Source: Utricularia gibba (Eukaryota > Plantae > Magnoliophyta). Taken from it: DNA of 64,000 nt. The notes below the pieces were generated by a model, which did no database searches, was not told where the DNA came from, and saw only the letters and a list, made by a program, of their open reading frames with translations. The stretch spans positions 496,001-560,000 of the forward strand of contig NEEC01000023.1 of NCBI GenBank assembly GCA_002189035.1. Reading direction: 5' to 3'. Of this stretch, positions 11,407-22,977 are shown one piece after another. The position numbers and the translations under genes were made by a program. Each line of letters opens with the position of its first letter. The stretch's first letter is position 1.

Positions 11407-13941
11407 CTAGAGACGATAATCTCGCAGGTAACTTGCTCGTGGAGGATGGCACTCTGCAGAATAAAGAAGGTCAGCACTAGGTACGTGCTCTCTGTGTTGA
11501 TTATAAGAATCCCGAACAAAGAAGGCATCTGGACGCGTAGACAACAAGGCTGATGGTTGGCGATCACGATGATCCAACACTCGTGGCCTATATGAAGCAT
11601 GAAAAGCATCTGATAGAGGAAAGTCCTTGATGTAGGAGGTGTATGGATTTGAAACTGCTCTGTCTTGAAAAGGAGGGTTTGGCTGCAGATACAAGTGTTG
11701 CCACTCTCTCTGGGAATCATTTTTAACTCCACGGCCAATTTGAACATCTCTGTCTCTGTATCGATTGAGATGCTCAGTGTATCCATCTCTCAGTTCTCTA
11801 TATGGAACAATGGGTTCTGATACAACTCGATAAGGTTCAGGCTCGATAAAAAAATCTCGAGCACCTCTGGGATAATATTCGCCCTCAGGAGAATGTTCCA
11901 ACACCCCAGATTCATAAGGATCCCGACTTGTCCTGTAAGGACTTAGATGCCTCAGATAGGTTTCTTGCCTGTATGTGGCCATATTGGAGGGCCATTCATA
12001 CTCATACTGAGGGGCACCACGTGGAAGAGTTGGAGATAGGGGATGATGATATGCTTCTACTGGGGTTACAGCTCTCCTCGAACGCTTACAAATATCTACA
12101 GGATGCTGGGACTCAATAGCCAAAGAATTACCTCTCTCATAATCCGCCCTTCTTCTCCTAGGTCTATCATGCCATTTCAACTGATTTGTATGCAGCTTAC
12201 TGCTCCTTAATGGCACAGATGGCAGCACATTGCCTGAGGAGTTGAAGAGTTCACACAATTCGCGTACCTGAAGGAAAAATCAAATGATGTATGGCTGGAA
12301 CCATAAGTGATAGAATAAAAGGGCAATAATTTTGTCCCCAAGAACTGCATAAGATAGAGTGGTACATGGTTTATACCTGCTGCAAATTTAATCTGCCGTC
12401 AAACTTGAATTTTGTGAAGTAGTTGTTCTTGATAACCTTTCTAAACATCTCCTCAGGTAATGGCATGCAATCTTTAAGAACCTTAAATCGAACCTGAAGA
12501 ATCCATTCCTCTTCATCAATATTTCACATAGCAGTCCGAGTGAAACACGGAATATGATTAAAACGAAGTACTGATGAGTATGAGAGAAAAGTCAACATCA
12601 AATACACATCTAATTTAAAAGTAGGATGTGTAGATCCTCAGGGAGAAGAATTGTGAAAGATGTGCCTAAGAATCAGGTGAAATGCCACCATTACAATGCA
12701 TGAAACCCTTAATAATAACTTAACTCTGTTTCACACACAAAGGTGAAAAGAAAATCAAGCATAACAAGGAACAAATTGTTCGGTTTAATGCAGCCAAACA
12801 TTTCAAATACTCAGCCTTTAAACATCTGCAGCTACCTTGCTAGGCTTATGGGTAGCTGTTGAACGTGAACTTGTAGGTATATACTTCTTGCATGAGTTAT
12901 ATACTAGATAAGACAATGATCCTTCGCACTAACCTAACATGCTCAAGTACCGTGAACTTGACGATAAAATTTTTCACCTATTAACAAATGTGGAAAACAG
13001 AAAGCAAAACCCATAGTTATGATCACAAGAAAAACAAACCTGAGACGGAAACTGGGAGTTGAAGGCCATGGGTTCAATGTTATAACCTCCGATTCCTGCA
13101 GCTTTATAAATGCCATACATCAATTTTGAGCTGACGTCATACAAAAACAATCGCATACCAACATAAATTTGCTTCACAACATCTTTCTTGCTTTCAGGAA
13201 GCCCAAAAATCCGGTAATGATAACAGTCATTTTTGGTCTCAGAACTGCACATGAAAATCATCCCCTTGCTCTCAGCATTTCTATTTTCCTTTCTTTTACT
13301 GGATAAGTTTTTCTCGTCTCTGGATTCCACTTTGCTTTCCCTTCTTTTGCTAGGTGATGCTGGATTATTGCTGAATTCCAATTTGCTTTCCCTTTTGCTC
13401 GATGATTCTGGATTATCTTCGGATTCAGCTTTGTTTGCCCTCAAAATTTCCACCCACCCCCTCCTTGTCTCTTCTTGTCTTCAGGAGCTGGTTTCATTAC
13501 ATCACCATTTCGTTCACTAGCTTGTCTTACTCTTTTTATTCGCACAGAGATTGGACGCCCTTCTACAGCCCTCCCATCATCAGGCTTTTTTCCTTTTACT
13601 GCATCAGTTACTCCACCTTTACCAATTTTCTCTTCTTCCACACCATCACCTTCATCTTCGGAGTTTTCTCCAGCGTCATCATTCCCTCTAATATTTACTG
13701 CATTTTCTTGCTCAAAAGGCTCTTCATTATCGTCACTTTCAGTCTCTTCTTCATCCTCTTCGCAAGATCTTTTACCCAATGTGGCTCCATTACCGTTGTG
13801 ACTGTCAACTACTTGATCATCTATACTAGTAAAAACTATATTTCCATCTTTGGCTTCTTCGAGGGTTGCTTTCAATGTTTCAGATGTTTGTTTCTTACCT
13901 TTGCCCATCTGAGTTGAAATGTTCTCCTGACGAGCATCCAT
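11407..13941 (-). CDS. DCD (development and cell death) domain protein, B2-like; one apparent -1 frameshift near 13460
   Basis: DCD motif GMIFMCSSETKNDCYHYRIFGLP..GMRLFLYD..KLMYGIYKAAGIGGYNIEPMAF..SQFPSQV. Next exon 12493-12377 (VRFKVLKDCMPLPEEMFRKVIKNNY..KFKF); last exon from 12267. Acidic N-terminus; the start could be 13941 or 13908 (MGKGKK). Confidence 0.88.
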
Positions 13942-14965
13942 ACAATTAGGGGAACCTTCCACACCCGTGCCAATTATCACTGAAGTTCTGGAATTTTCAC
14001 GAACGCATTAGAACTTGCCTCACTACATGAAAACGGAAGAACTACAAAAATATGAGCATCGCTGACGAAAATAAATTCAAAGATGAGGGCTAAAAAGCCA
14101 GCCTTTCCCCCAAGATGCAGATAAATCCAAATTCAAAGCATCGGCAAAAACAAGAAAACGAGAATACTAATTTACCATATCTGTCACATCCACAATTCAA
14201 CATCGCCCATAAAAATAAAAACCCAAATCAAAAGAACACCGATCACAGTTAAGAGCAAGCTTTTCCAAATCAAACATCAGCAACCTAATGATCTGGAATA
14301 AGTCAGCAACGAACTCAAAGGATCCTTAGACTATAGTGTGCAGTCTATTCATTCAATCAAAGAAAAAAGAATACAAAGAAACAAAAACCTCAATCCACGT
14401 TTGTAGATCCGATCCTTTAAGAAAGGCTCTGCGAGAGTCTGGTAAGCGGTAGGAAACAGAGAACTGGAAACCAAACAAAATCCCTAGGCAGTCAAATTGA
14501 CACATAAATTATAAAAAATAAAAAAAATAATGTTCAGTTCAGATTAAATTTCAAATAGAAACTATATCCTACGAGTTCGTTGTTAGAAGACAATATTTCA
14601 ATAAATCTTCGGTAAAATCAAATATGAGAATTAATTTTATCAAATTATAAAACAATGAATATTAAATATGTTTATTTTTAAAATATTGAGAATCAATTTT
14701 AATTGATATTTAAATAATATACCCTAATGTTAAAATGATGAATTATGCATTATTTAATAATTTTGATGAATTCAATTAATTTAAATGAATTGATATTTCT
14801 TTAACCTTAAATAACCTAAAATATAACCAATGAAAAAATCTTTATAATCTTTTTCACTTTCAATGACATGGCTTTTATAAGAAGCTGTGATGATATTATT
14901 TTTGCAGTTTAAATTAAGCATTATATTCTTTGTAAATGAAATGCACTAAAATTATGAGCAGCCTT

Positions 14966-16954
14966 TTAGGTACAGAGCTTTGCCTTCATCACAGTAGCCA
15001 TTTGCATTCCCAGTTCATTGCACACCTTCTCCAACTCCATTGCTCTCCACTGCATCCCCTGCAGCTGCGATCTCACCTCAAAGACATCGGCTTCCCTCTT
15101 CCACTTGCACCTCCCCAATCCCGACCGAATCGCCGTCTTTTCGTCGTCGGAGATATCGGGGTGCACCTGCAGATTGGATGGTGTTAGAGAAGAGAAGCAT
15201 TCAGAGGTGCACTTCAATCTTCTTGAACAAGATGGATACCTTAAGATACAGCTTCACTGCATCACATACACCGTCTAGTGATTCTCTTGCAGAGTCTGGG
15301 AGTGCATCCACAAGAGCTGTGAAGATGGCTGGTTTTAAGTGAGGATCAGGGGCTACTTCCATCATGTACATATCGATCAAGCTTGCCACTTTCTTCATCT
15401 GATTGGATGGTGTGGATTTGGATAGAAAGGAGTTCAGTAATCTCAAAACAAGCTTCACATCATAGAGGTGATCTGCTCCCAGAGGAGCAGGAACCAGCAG
15501 ACTGTCCAATGAAGCATTGTCTAGTCTTGAACCGATCATGTGTTCGAGGCTGGATCGACATCTCTGGGTAATGTTTGTGCTCGATCCGAGTTGCAGTAAT
15601 CGGAACAGGCTCTTGTGGGATAATGTGCTCACATCTAAACGGCTCAGCATCTCAACTACTGTTTCAATGCTGCTGATTTTTTCTTCTTCTGTTGAGGCAG
15701 AGGAGCACCTTGATCTTTGATAGTAGAAGAGAAAACGAGCCACGATGGCATTGTCTAAGTTCTTGAGTATCATCAAATCAACAAGAATTTTTATCAGTTC
15801 TTCGGGTTGGAGCACAGCAACAACATCTTCAAACCACCATGTTGACTTCTTGAAGCTGCTCTCTGTGCTTCGAGTATCACTTGAAAATCTGCATCCGGAG
15901 GAGCTGTCTGATGATGAAACAGATGAAGATGGGCTAATTTGAATGGAAAGAGCAATCCTGCAGACGATGGAGTCCAACAGCTTGTGCATTAGACCTGCGG
16001 AGATGGCTAAATTTAAGAAACTTCTGCATTCATTCAAAGCTCCTATAACTTCACCCCAACTCCAGTACTGAATGTCTTCGAGTGATCTCTCAGTTTTCTC
16101 ACACAGATTCTCAATTCCAAGAACGTCCCTTTTCATTTCCATGAAGAATGCAGCGCATGAGAGACTAGTAACGTTGGGAAAAGCAATCCTTATTCTTCCG
16201 CCATTGTAGCAGAATCTCAGAATTTGCTCGAAAATGGCAGCTCCTCCAGGGAACTCATTCAGTATCACCTTCAAACTCCCCTTTACATCTTCTGATTTCT
16301 TCATCAGCTTCCTTATTTTCCCCGAGTAAGAAGCTAATACCCTCTACAGGAATCAAACAACACAACTTGAAATAAGGAAAGCATTTTTTAAGGATCCAGT
16401 TTTTGAATTCGAACAACAAAAATAAATAAGAGAAGCCTTGTTAGGGAGACAAGCTCAGAAGTTTATGTTTTTTTATTAGAGGCCCACAGACAACATGAAA
16501 GCATTGAATGCAAGAACGGTACTATAAAGACTGCTCGCCTGCACGACGAGAGAAAATTTAGCGGTGAAATGAAAAAACAGATGCAAAGATGAGAAGTCGT
16601 TATACGATGATTAATGATCCCCTAGTGAGACAAATGAAGAGGCAGCATTCCCTATAAAGAAGGGAAGCAGAATTCCAACTGGTAATTGACAGACCACCCT
16701 TTAATCAGCATATTAATGCATCAGTTCAAGCCACTACCAGGAATTAATCATAAGCTCATTATGTATGATAATACAGGAATCAAGTTCACAATGAGAAAAA
16801 GGGTAAAATTAACTTGGAGTGAACCAGTAGAATCCAAGCTTCACCAAAGCGGAAAGAAAAACATATGCAAGAGGACAAGAACCTTCACCTTATTAACCAA
16901 AAAAATCTCTTCTCCATTGACATCAACTTCAAGATCAGGAATACTACTTCCCAT
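14966..16954 (-). CDS. BTB/POZ NPH3-family protein (At3g22104-like)
   Basis: Exons 16954-16889 (MGSSIPDLEVDVNGEEIFLVNK), 16343-15240 and 15166-14966. Motifs FPGGAAIFEQILRFCYNGG, TWWFEDV, SRLDNASLDSLLVP, LYDVKLVLRLL, LQGMQWRAMELEKVC. Confidence 0.92.
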
Positions 16955-17728
16955 AGTCAGAGCACACAGAACTGCTAGATTTCAGATCCCCCACCTCAAA
17001 AAATGGGTTCTTTTTGGAATTTTCTCATCCTAGTCGAGATTTCAGTGGCTGAGAACGGGAAGAGACTTATCTGAGACAGATGGGGAGGAGAAACAGGACA
17101 AACAGCAAAGTGGGTTTTCATAAAAACCAGACAAGAATGGATATGGCGAAGCAACTCGCACTCGGCGTCCGCAAAATTCGGCCCCAAATTCCAAACTCAA
17201 AGACACCATGGAGATGAACGATCAAGCCACACCCAGCGGGTGATACAGATTCGTGGGTTGAAGTTCCCGAGGGAAGCGATCAAACTAACAAAATGATCTT
17301 GAAAACTGAACAAAAGAAAAAACAGAAAAGGAAAAAACAGGGAACCGTTCCACCGCAGAGGAATCGCGATCACTTGGGCCCTGGCTGTTCCTTTCTGTGC
17401 TGCAGCGTCGCGCCTTGGTTGGACCACCGGCTTTATGCAGAATCAGAGAGTACACATGAGCTTTTACTCGACCATCCTCCACCTCACCCCCAACTCAAAT
17501 TCAATATTCATTTCAAATATTTTCTTTTAAAAATACATTTATTTCACATATAAAACATTTTTCCAATATTTGGAAACAAAATTTAACCTAAAAAGTGAAA
17601 GTATGAAATATATTTGTATATAGAGAGACATTTTCTAATTTTGTATAACTTTTTTTTAGAAGGGAAAACGAACGCTGATGATTGTGTATCAAAAAGGAGA
17701 ATTGAGGGTATTTGAAAATAAAAAGTAA

Positions 17729-18045
17729 AGGTATGTTCTAAAAAATTTTTAGAACTTATTTTTATTTTTGAAAAAGTAAAAAGTAAAAATAGAAATAGTT
17801 TTTAAAAATAAAATTAAAAATGGATGTTCTAGAAAAGTGTAAATTTTTTTATGAATTTATGTTGAAAAATAGAAATACAATACAAAAGTAGCTCATCCCT
17901 ACTTTTTTAAAAACTATTTTTGAAGTGTAATACCAAAAGTATTTTTAGTAAAAGTAGAAGTAAAAATAAGTAGTATTCTGGATTAAAATTATTTTTACTT
18001 TTTCAAAAATAAAAATAAGTTGTAAAAATTTTATAGAACACACTT
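17729..18045. mobile_element. MITE with ~54-bp terminal inverted repeats and TAA target-site duplication (Tourist / PIF-Harbinger-like)
   Basis: Left end AGGTATGTTCTAAAAAATTTTTAGAACTTATTTTTATTTTTGAAAAAGTAAAAA matches the reverse complement of the right end with 4 mismatches. TAA at 17726-17728 and 18046-18048. AT-rich non-coding interior. Confidence 0.85.
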
Positions 18046-18406
18046 TAAATTCTAATTTTCTGTTTGATTTTATTTTTAAAAAATATTTGTGATAAAACAT
18101 AATATTAATTTCTTTGTCAACTAGAATACTAATGGGCTAAAACCAATAGGCCAACTGAAGCCCAATGGTATAAAGCTCGGCCCAAATAATTGGATGGATG
18201 CCCACACTGATGCTTGTGAATTGCAGATAGAATATGTTTTATTATTATTATTATTATTAGTTTTTTTATTTTTAAAAAAGTATTAAAATAAAACCTCTTA
18301 GAAAAAGTATTGCATCAAATGCAATACAAATGAAATGAAAATGCAGGAACATGAATGAGAGATCCAAATGATAACTGGTGCGCTCTTCTTGATCAGGCAC
18401 CATCTG

Positions 18407-20224
18407 CTACGATGCGCTCTGGCGGTGCGCCGAACGGGGCACGAATTCCTACCAGAAGGGGCATAGAGTGTAAGCGGGAGAAGGGGAAGGTTAGGAGTGT
18501 GGAAGGATGCAGAAATGTCGGTACCTGTGAAAATCGCCTGTGTTGATTTCCCACATTCGAGCATTTCACAAGACTCTCCCAGGAGGGATCCACGGACCGG
18601 GTTCTCAAAAGCTGCTGCTGCTTCGTCTGGAGATGCCCATCATGGAGTCGCTGATGGGGAGGAGGAATGGATGGCAGAGTCTTCCATAGCCACGATTCAG
18701 AGGGCGAATTTGGTAATGGGGGTGACAAGGGAGATTTCACATGCTCTGTTCTAACAGTGGGTATGGATTTCTGAACTTGTGTCGGGGCCGAAGAGAGTTT
18801 GGCATCAGAATCCTGGAATCCGTCACCTGATCCGTACTTGAAACGCGGAGCTTTTATAGCAGCTGTCGTCTTTCTGTATGATGATTTGTCTATGTAGACT
18901 GTTCTCTCCACTGTCTCCGAGGTTGATCGCCTCTCATCTCTGTGGTTCTTCGATGATGAGTGGTGCAGGGCGTTGAATATCTTGCGAGAAGACGCAATCT
19001 TGTTAGTGTTTGAGATGTCAAGTTCCCCCGGCGGGCCAGGAAACGCAACCCTATCACGGAAAGGAGACATTGGTGATTCATTTCTGTAAGGAGATAGGCT
19101 GCCACTTCTGTAACGCCTCAGCTGGGAGAGCTCTGGTTTGTAGGAGTACTGAGAAGTCGAATCCCGGGATAGCAACCCGGAGTAGAATTTCCTCATTGGA
19201 GGTTCGGGTGCAGGCGATCCACTCTGCACAATCCAAGAGCGGATGAGACAACAGATTCACCATTAAAATGCAGAGAAGAAAAAGGGACAGAGACTACAAT
19301 TACCCTGTCAAGAGGTCCGCTCATTGTATTCCTGGGAAAGCTCCCAACAGAGATGGCTTTGGGAACTGATGCTGTCGTCTTCTTAGGTTTCCGGGCTGGA
19401 AGAGGATTCAAGAGGCTTAGAGTGTTCTTAACAGAGAACCGGGGAAGTGGCCACCAAGATACCCTCCCTGATCTTTTAACAGGCTTTCTACTCTCAAGTT
19501 CATCTTCACTTTCTCCATTCTCTGCAAGGTGATGATCATATGGAAAAGGAATTGAGGTTTTTGCTATTTGCCCGGAAACCGTCTTCTTCACCGTGGCTTT
19601 CGGCATCCCATTCACAGCCAGCGGCTTCTTCACATCATAATTAGGCGTCTCGATTACAGCAGCCTTGGCTGCCTGAAGGAACCTCTCCATCATGAAGTCT
19701 CTGGTTTGTGATTCAACACTACACGACTTTGATGACTTCAAGTATGAGCGCTGATCACCAGCTCCACGCAAACGGTTGTTCACGGCCCCCAGTTCTTTAG
19801 ACGAAGGCATGGATAGTGCATCATGTCCATTTTCAGAGGGATTCCTTTCATCACATTTCAAACTCTCTGTCAGCTTCTCCAAAAGAAGAGCATGATCATT
19901 GAAGACAAAGGCCTCAACTTGGGGTCTATATATTTTGTGATCGCTGATAATTTCCCCAGAAGTGAGCATTGAGGCCCCTCCCGGAGGAGCCCTGGGAAGT
20001 TCGCCGGAACGGTAACGCCGAAAGGAATCCAGACGAATCCTCGAAGTATCATCTTTGGGTCTCCCAGGGCTTTGCTCCCATTGAAATGGGATTCCAGTGG
20101 GTGCCAAAAGCTCAGAGTCCCATTGGCTAGGCTGCACAGTCACGATCTCAGAAGACTTCAATGGCGATGAGTATCTCCTTGCAGACAACAATGGGGCATT
20201 GAGATTCAGTTGTCGTTTTTCCAT
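18407..20224 (-). CDS. DUF688 family protein
   Basis: N-terminus MEKRQLNLNAPLLSARRYSS and GIPFQWEQSPGRPKD; also TRDFMMERFLQAAKA and SPPLPNSPSESWLWKTLPS. Exons 20224-19304, 19223-18525, 18448-18407. Confidence 0.92.
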
Positions 20225-21360
20225 TTGAGATTCAGGGTATCAAATTTCCTGCTACCCTGATGAATAAAATGAGATTCAGATGAAAAATGAGTTCTTTTCA
20301 TGATCAGGACAAGCAATACACACACCATCTGATCACCTCAATCAAAGGTTTGAGAGAAACAGAGGTGCAAAGATTGAGAAGAAAAATCACATTGCACTAC
20401 GAATTACTAAGTGAATCATCAACTAACATAATGTACTTACACCCAAGAGAGCAGAAAGCAGAAATTTTCCTGAGCACAGAACACAAAACAGTTAGAAAAA
20501 AAATCAAAAGATGCATCGGAGGAAGAACAGAGTAAAGAAGAAAAGCAACCCAAGAAACCAGAAAAAGCTCACACCTTTACAATGGGTATTCCTGAGTAAA
20601 GAAGAAAAAGACTGTTTCTTTGACCTTTACTGCCGCTAATCCTGGCAAAAGAGTCGGAGAAAAGAGCCAAAAGAAAAGACAACAGACACCAGACGAAGCA
20701 ATCACGAAGAGATACCTAGTCTACAGTCTAGTCTTGATGGTGCAAAGCGGGGGTTGTTTATGAGGCGGCGTAGCGACAACTACCGAAGCAAAGGGGAACG
20801 TGGTGGGGCCCAAAAAGTGAAACCGGCCATGGCTGGATGCGGAGCTTCCAAAAAACGGTCAGTGTCGTTTGGCAATAAAAGGAAAATGGAAAATCATTAG
20901 AACGAAGAAGACCACACAGTCACCGGAAACAGCAGACGGTTGGGCTAATTCCAAGGGCAGTTTAGGCCTAAAACGGCGTTCATTGCAGGAGCCCTTTTTC
21001 GTCATTTCGCAACGTTATCTAATTAATGGCCCCACCTAACAATAGGTTGGCCGTTGAGGACGCAATAATTACTTTTTTTTCGCACGAAAATATTCCATAC
21101 ACACTTAACGGACATTATCTCTATATTTAAGGAAATAAAATTCAAAATAATCGACAGCCATGTTGAGTCAAGACAATTGACACGTGGCAAAACGCCACTG
21201 GATAAAAAGAGTACTCAATGCTACTTACAATAACTCCCATGAATCAGTCCAAACTAATTTACTAAAAACGTGTTTATTACAAAAAAAAGTTCCAAAAATA
21301 GAAATTTAAAAATACTTATTATTTTAAAAATCACTGTTTTGGGACCCTTAAATTAAGAAC

Positions 21361-21510
21361 ATTAAATGCTAAATCCTAATGTCTTAAATCTACAAATCTA
21401 AACCCTATATTCTAATGCTCTAAACCCTAAATTTGAAATTCTAATATTATAATGTTCGAAGCCCTTAATCCCAAATTTTAAACCCTAAATGTTAAATTCT
21501 AATGTTCTGG
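21361..21510. repeat. Degenerate interstitial telomere-like array, ~7-nt period, (CCCTAAA)-derived
   Basis: About 20 units such as TAAATCC, TAAACCC (x3), TAAATTT, GAAATTC, TAAATGT, TAAATTC. Three AAACCCTA telo-box cores, two of them a full AAACCCTAA. Confidence 0.7.
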
Positions 21511-21777
21511 ATCTTCAACTTAAATTAACATGATGTTTTTTATTTTTTTATTTATTTGTTTGATATTGGGCCGTGACCCAATAAGGATGATATAACTACC
21601 TGGGCTGTAATGGACATGGAAAAGAAGGGGATTCGTTGGGCCAGTTAAATGAAACCGTAAAACGTTGGTTCATAATGCAGCGTTTTGCTTATATTGCAGT
21701 CTGCAGTTGTGGCCAGTTTCTAGGGCTTCGAAACTTCGATTCTTCTCGGGTTTTCTTCTCTCGCTTATATTCCGACC

Positions 21778-22977
21778 ATGGATCTTACCAAGAAGCGTAA
21801 GGCGGACAATAACGGCGCCGCTTTTCCGTTCACGGGGAATCCCAACGACATCTCCGGAGTCGTGGCACCAGTGGCTGGGGGGTCTTTATCTCCCGAAGAT
21901 GCCGAAAAGATTCTTGAACCCTTGACGAAGGAGCAGATTCTCCAGATATTACGCGCCGCGATACTTCGTCATCCAGATGTGTTAGAGGCGGTGCGAACAG
22001 TGGCCGATGCCAATCCTGTCCAGAGAAAACTTTTCGTTCGTGGCCTCGGCTGGGAGACGACTACTGAAAAACTTCGGCAGGTTTTTTCCGAGTACGGGGA
22101 GCTAGATGAAGCCAACACAATCGTTATAACAGATAAGAACACTGGGAAATCTAAAGGGTATGGTTTTGTAACGTTTAAGCACATTGACGCTGCAATAATG
22201 TCCTTAAAAGAGCCCAATAAGAAGATCGACGGACGTATGACGGTGACGCAGCTCGCGGCAGCGGGCAATTCAGGTAACTCGCAGTCTGCCGATGTGGCTT
22301 TGAGGAAAATTTATGTGGGTAATATTCCATTTGAGATCTCGTCCGAGAGGCTGTTAGCTCGCTTTTCAATGTATGGTGAGATTGAGGAAGGGCCATTGGG
22401 TTTTGATAAGCAGACAGGAAAAGCTAAGGGCTTTGCGTTTTTTGTGTATAAAACCGAAGAAGGCGCGAAAGCGTCTCTTGTTGATCCTCTGAAAACGATT
22501 GATGGGCATCAGGTGGTTTGCAAGTTAGCCACGGACAACAAGAAACAAAAGCCTATGATGGGTCCACCTGGCGGAATGCTTCATGGCATGCCAAATTCAG
22601 GGCCTATGGGAATTCCGGGGCCTAATTATGGAGGATACATGGGATATGCACCTAATATGCCACCAGCACCGCAGTCTGGAATGATGCATCAGAGTGCTAA
22701 CTATAATGCACCAATGGGTGGCAATGTCGGGCCAGGGGCACAAGGTTATGGTGGTGGATACGGGAGTGCTCCAATTTACGATGGTGTAGGTGGAGCTTTG
22801 GATTATGGTGGTGGATTGGGTTACAGGGTGCCACCTACTAACATTGGGGTACAGAGCTCAGGAGGCTTCCCGGATTCTGGGAACTATGTGCATCCTACTA
22901 CGTACGCTTCACAACCAAACCGTCCTTCTGCTCCTGGGCCCAGACTTCCTGCTTATCAGGGCATGCATCCTTATTAA
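21778..22977 (+). CDS. UBA2C: UBP1-associated protein 2C-like hnRNP (two RRMs, Gly/Pro-rich tail), intronless CDS
   Basis: MDLTKKRK start; RRM1 [23 protein letters not shown]; RRM2 [38 protein letters not shown]; ends YQGMHPY. Confidence 0.93.
   Translation: MDLTKKRKADNNGAAFPFTGNPNDISGVVAPVAGGSLSPEDAEKILEPLTKEQILQILRAAILRHPDVLEAVRTVADANPVQRKLFVRGLGWETTTEKLRQVFSEYGELDEANTIVITDKNTGKSKGYGFVTFKHIDAAIMSLKEPNKKIDGRMTVTQLAAAGNSGNSQSADVALRKIYVGNIPFEISSERLLARFSMYGEIEEGPLGFDKQTGKAKGFAFFVYKTEEGAKASLVDPLKTIDGHQVVCKLATDNKKQKPMMGPPGGMLHGMPNSGPMGIPGPNYGGYMGYAPNMPPAPQSGMMHQSANYNAPMGGNVGPGAQGYGGGYGSAPIYDGVGGALDYGGGLGYRVPPTNIGVQSSGGFPDSGNYVHPTTYASQPNRPSAPGPRLPAYQGMHPY

Noticed and set aside
13402-13917. Hydrophobic 171-aa plus-strand ORF and similar antisense ORFs over GT47, CHLI, CLASP, DUF1644 and Dof
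   Set aside because: Shadow frames of real genes on the opposite strand.
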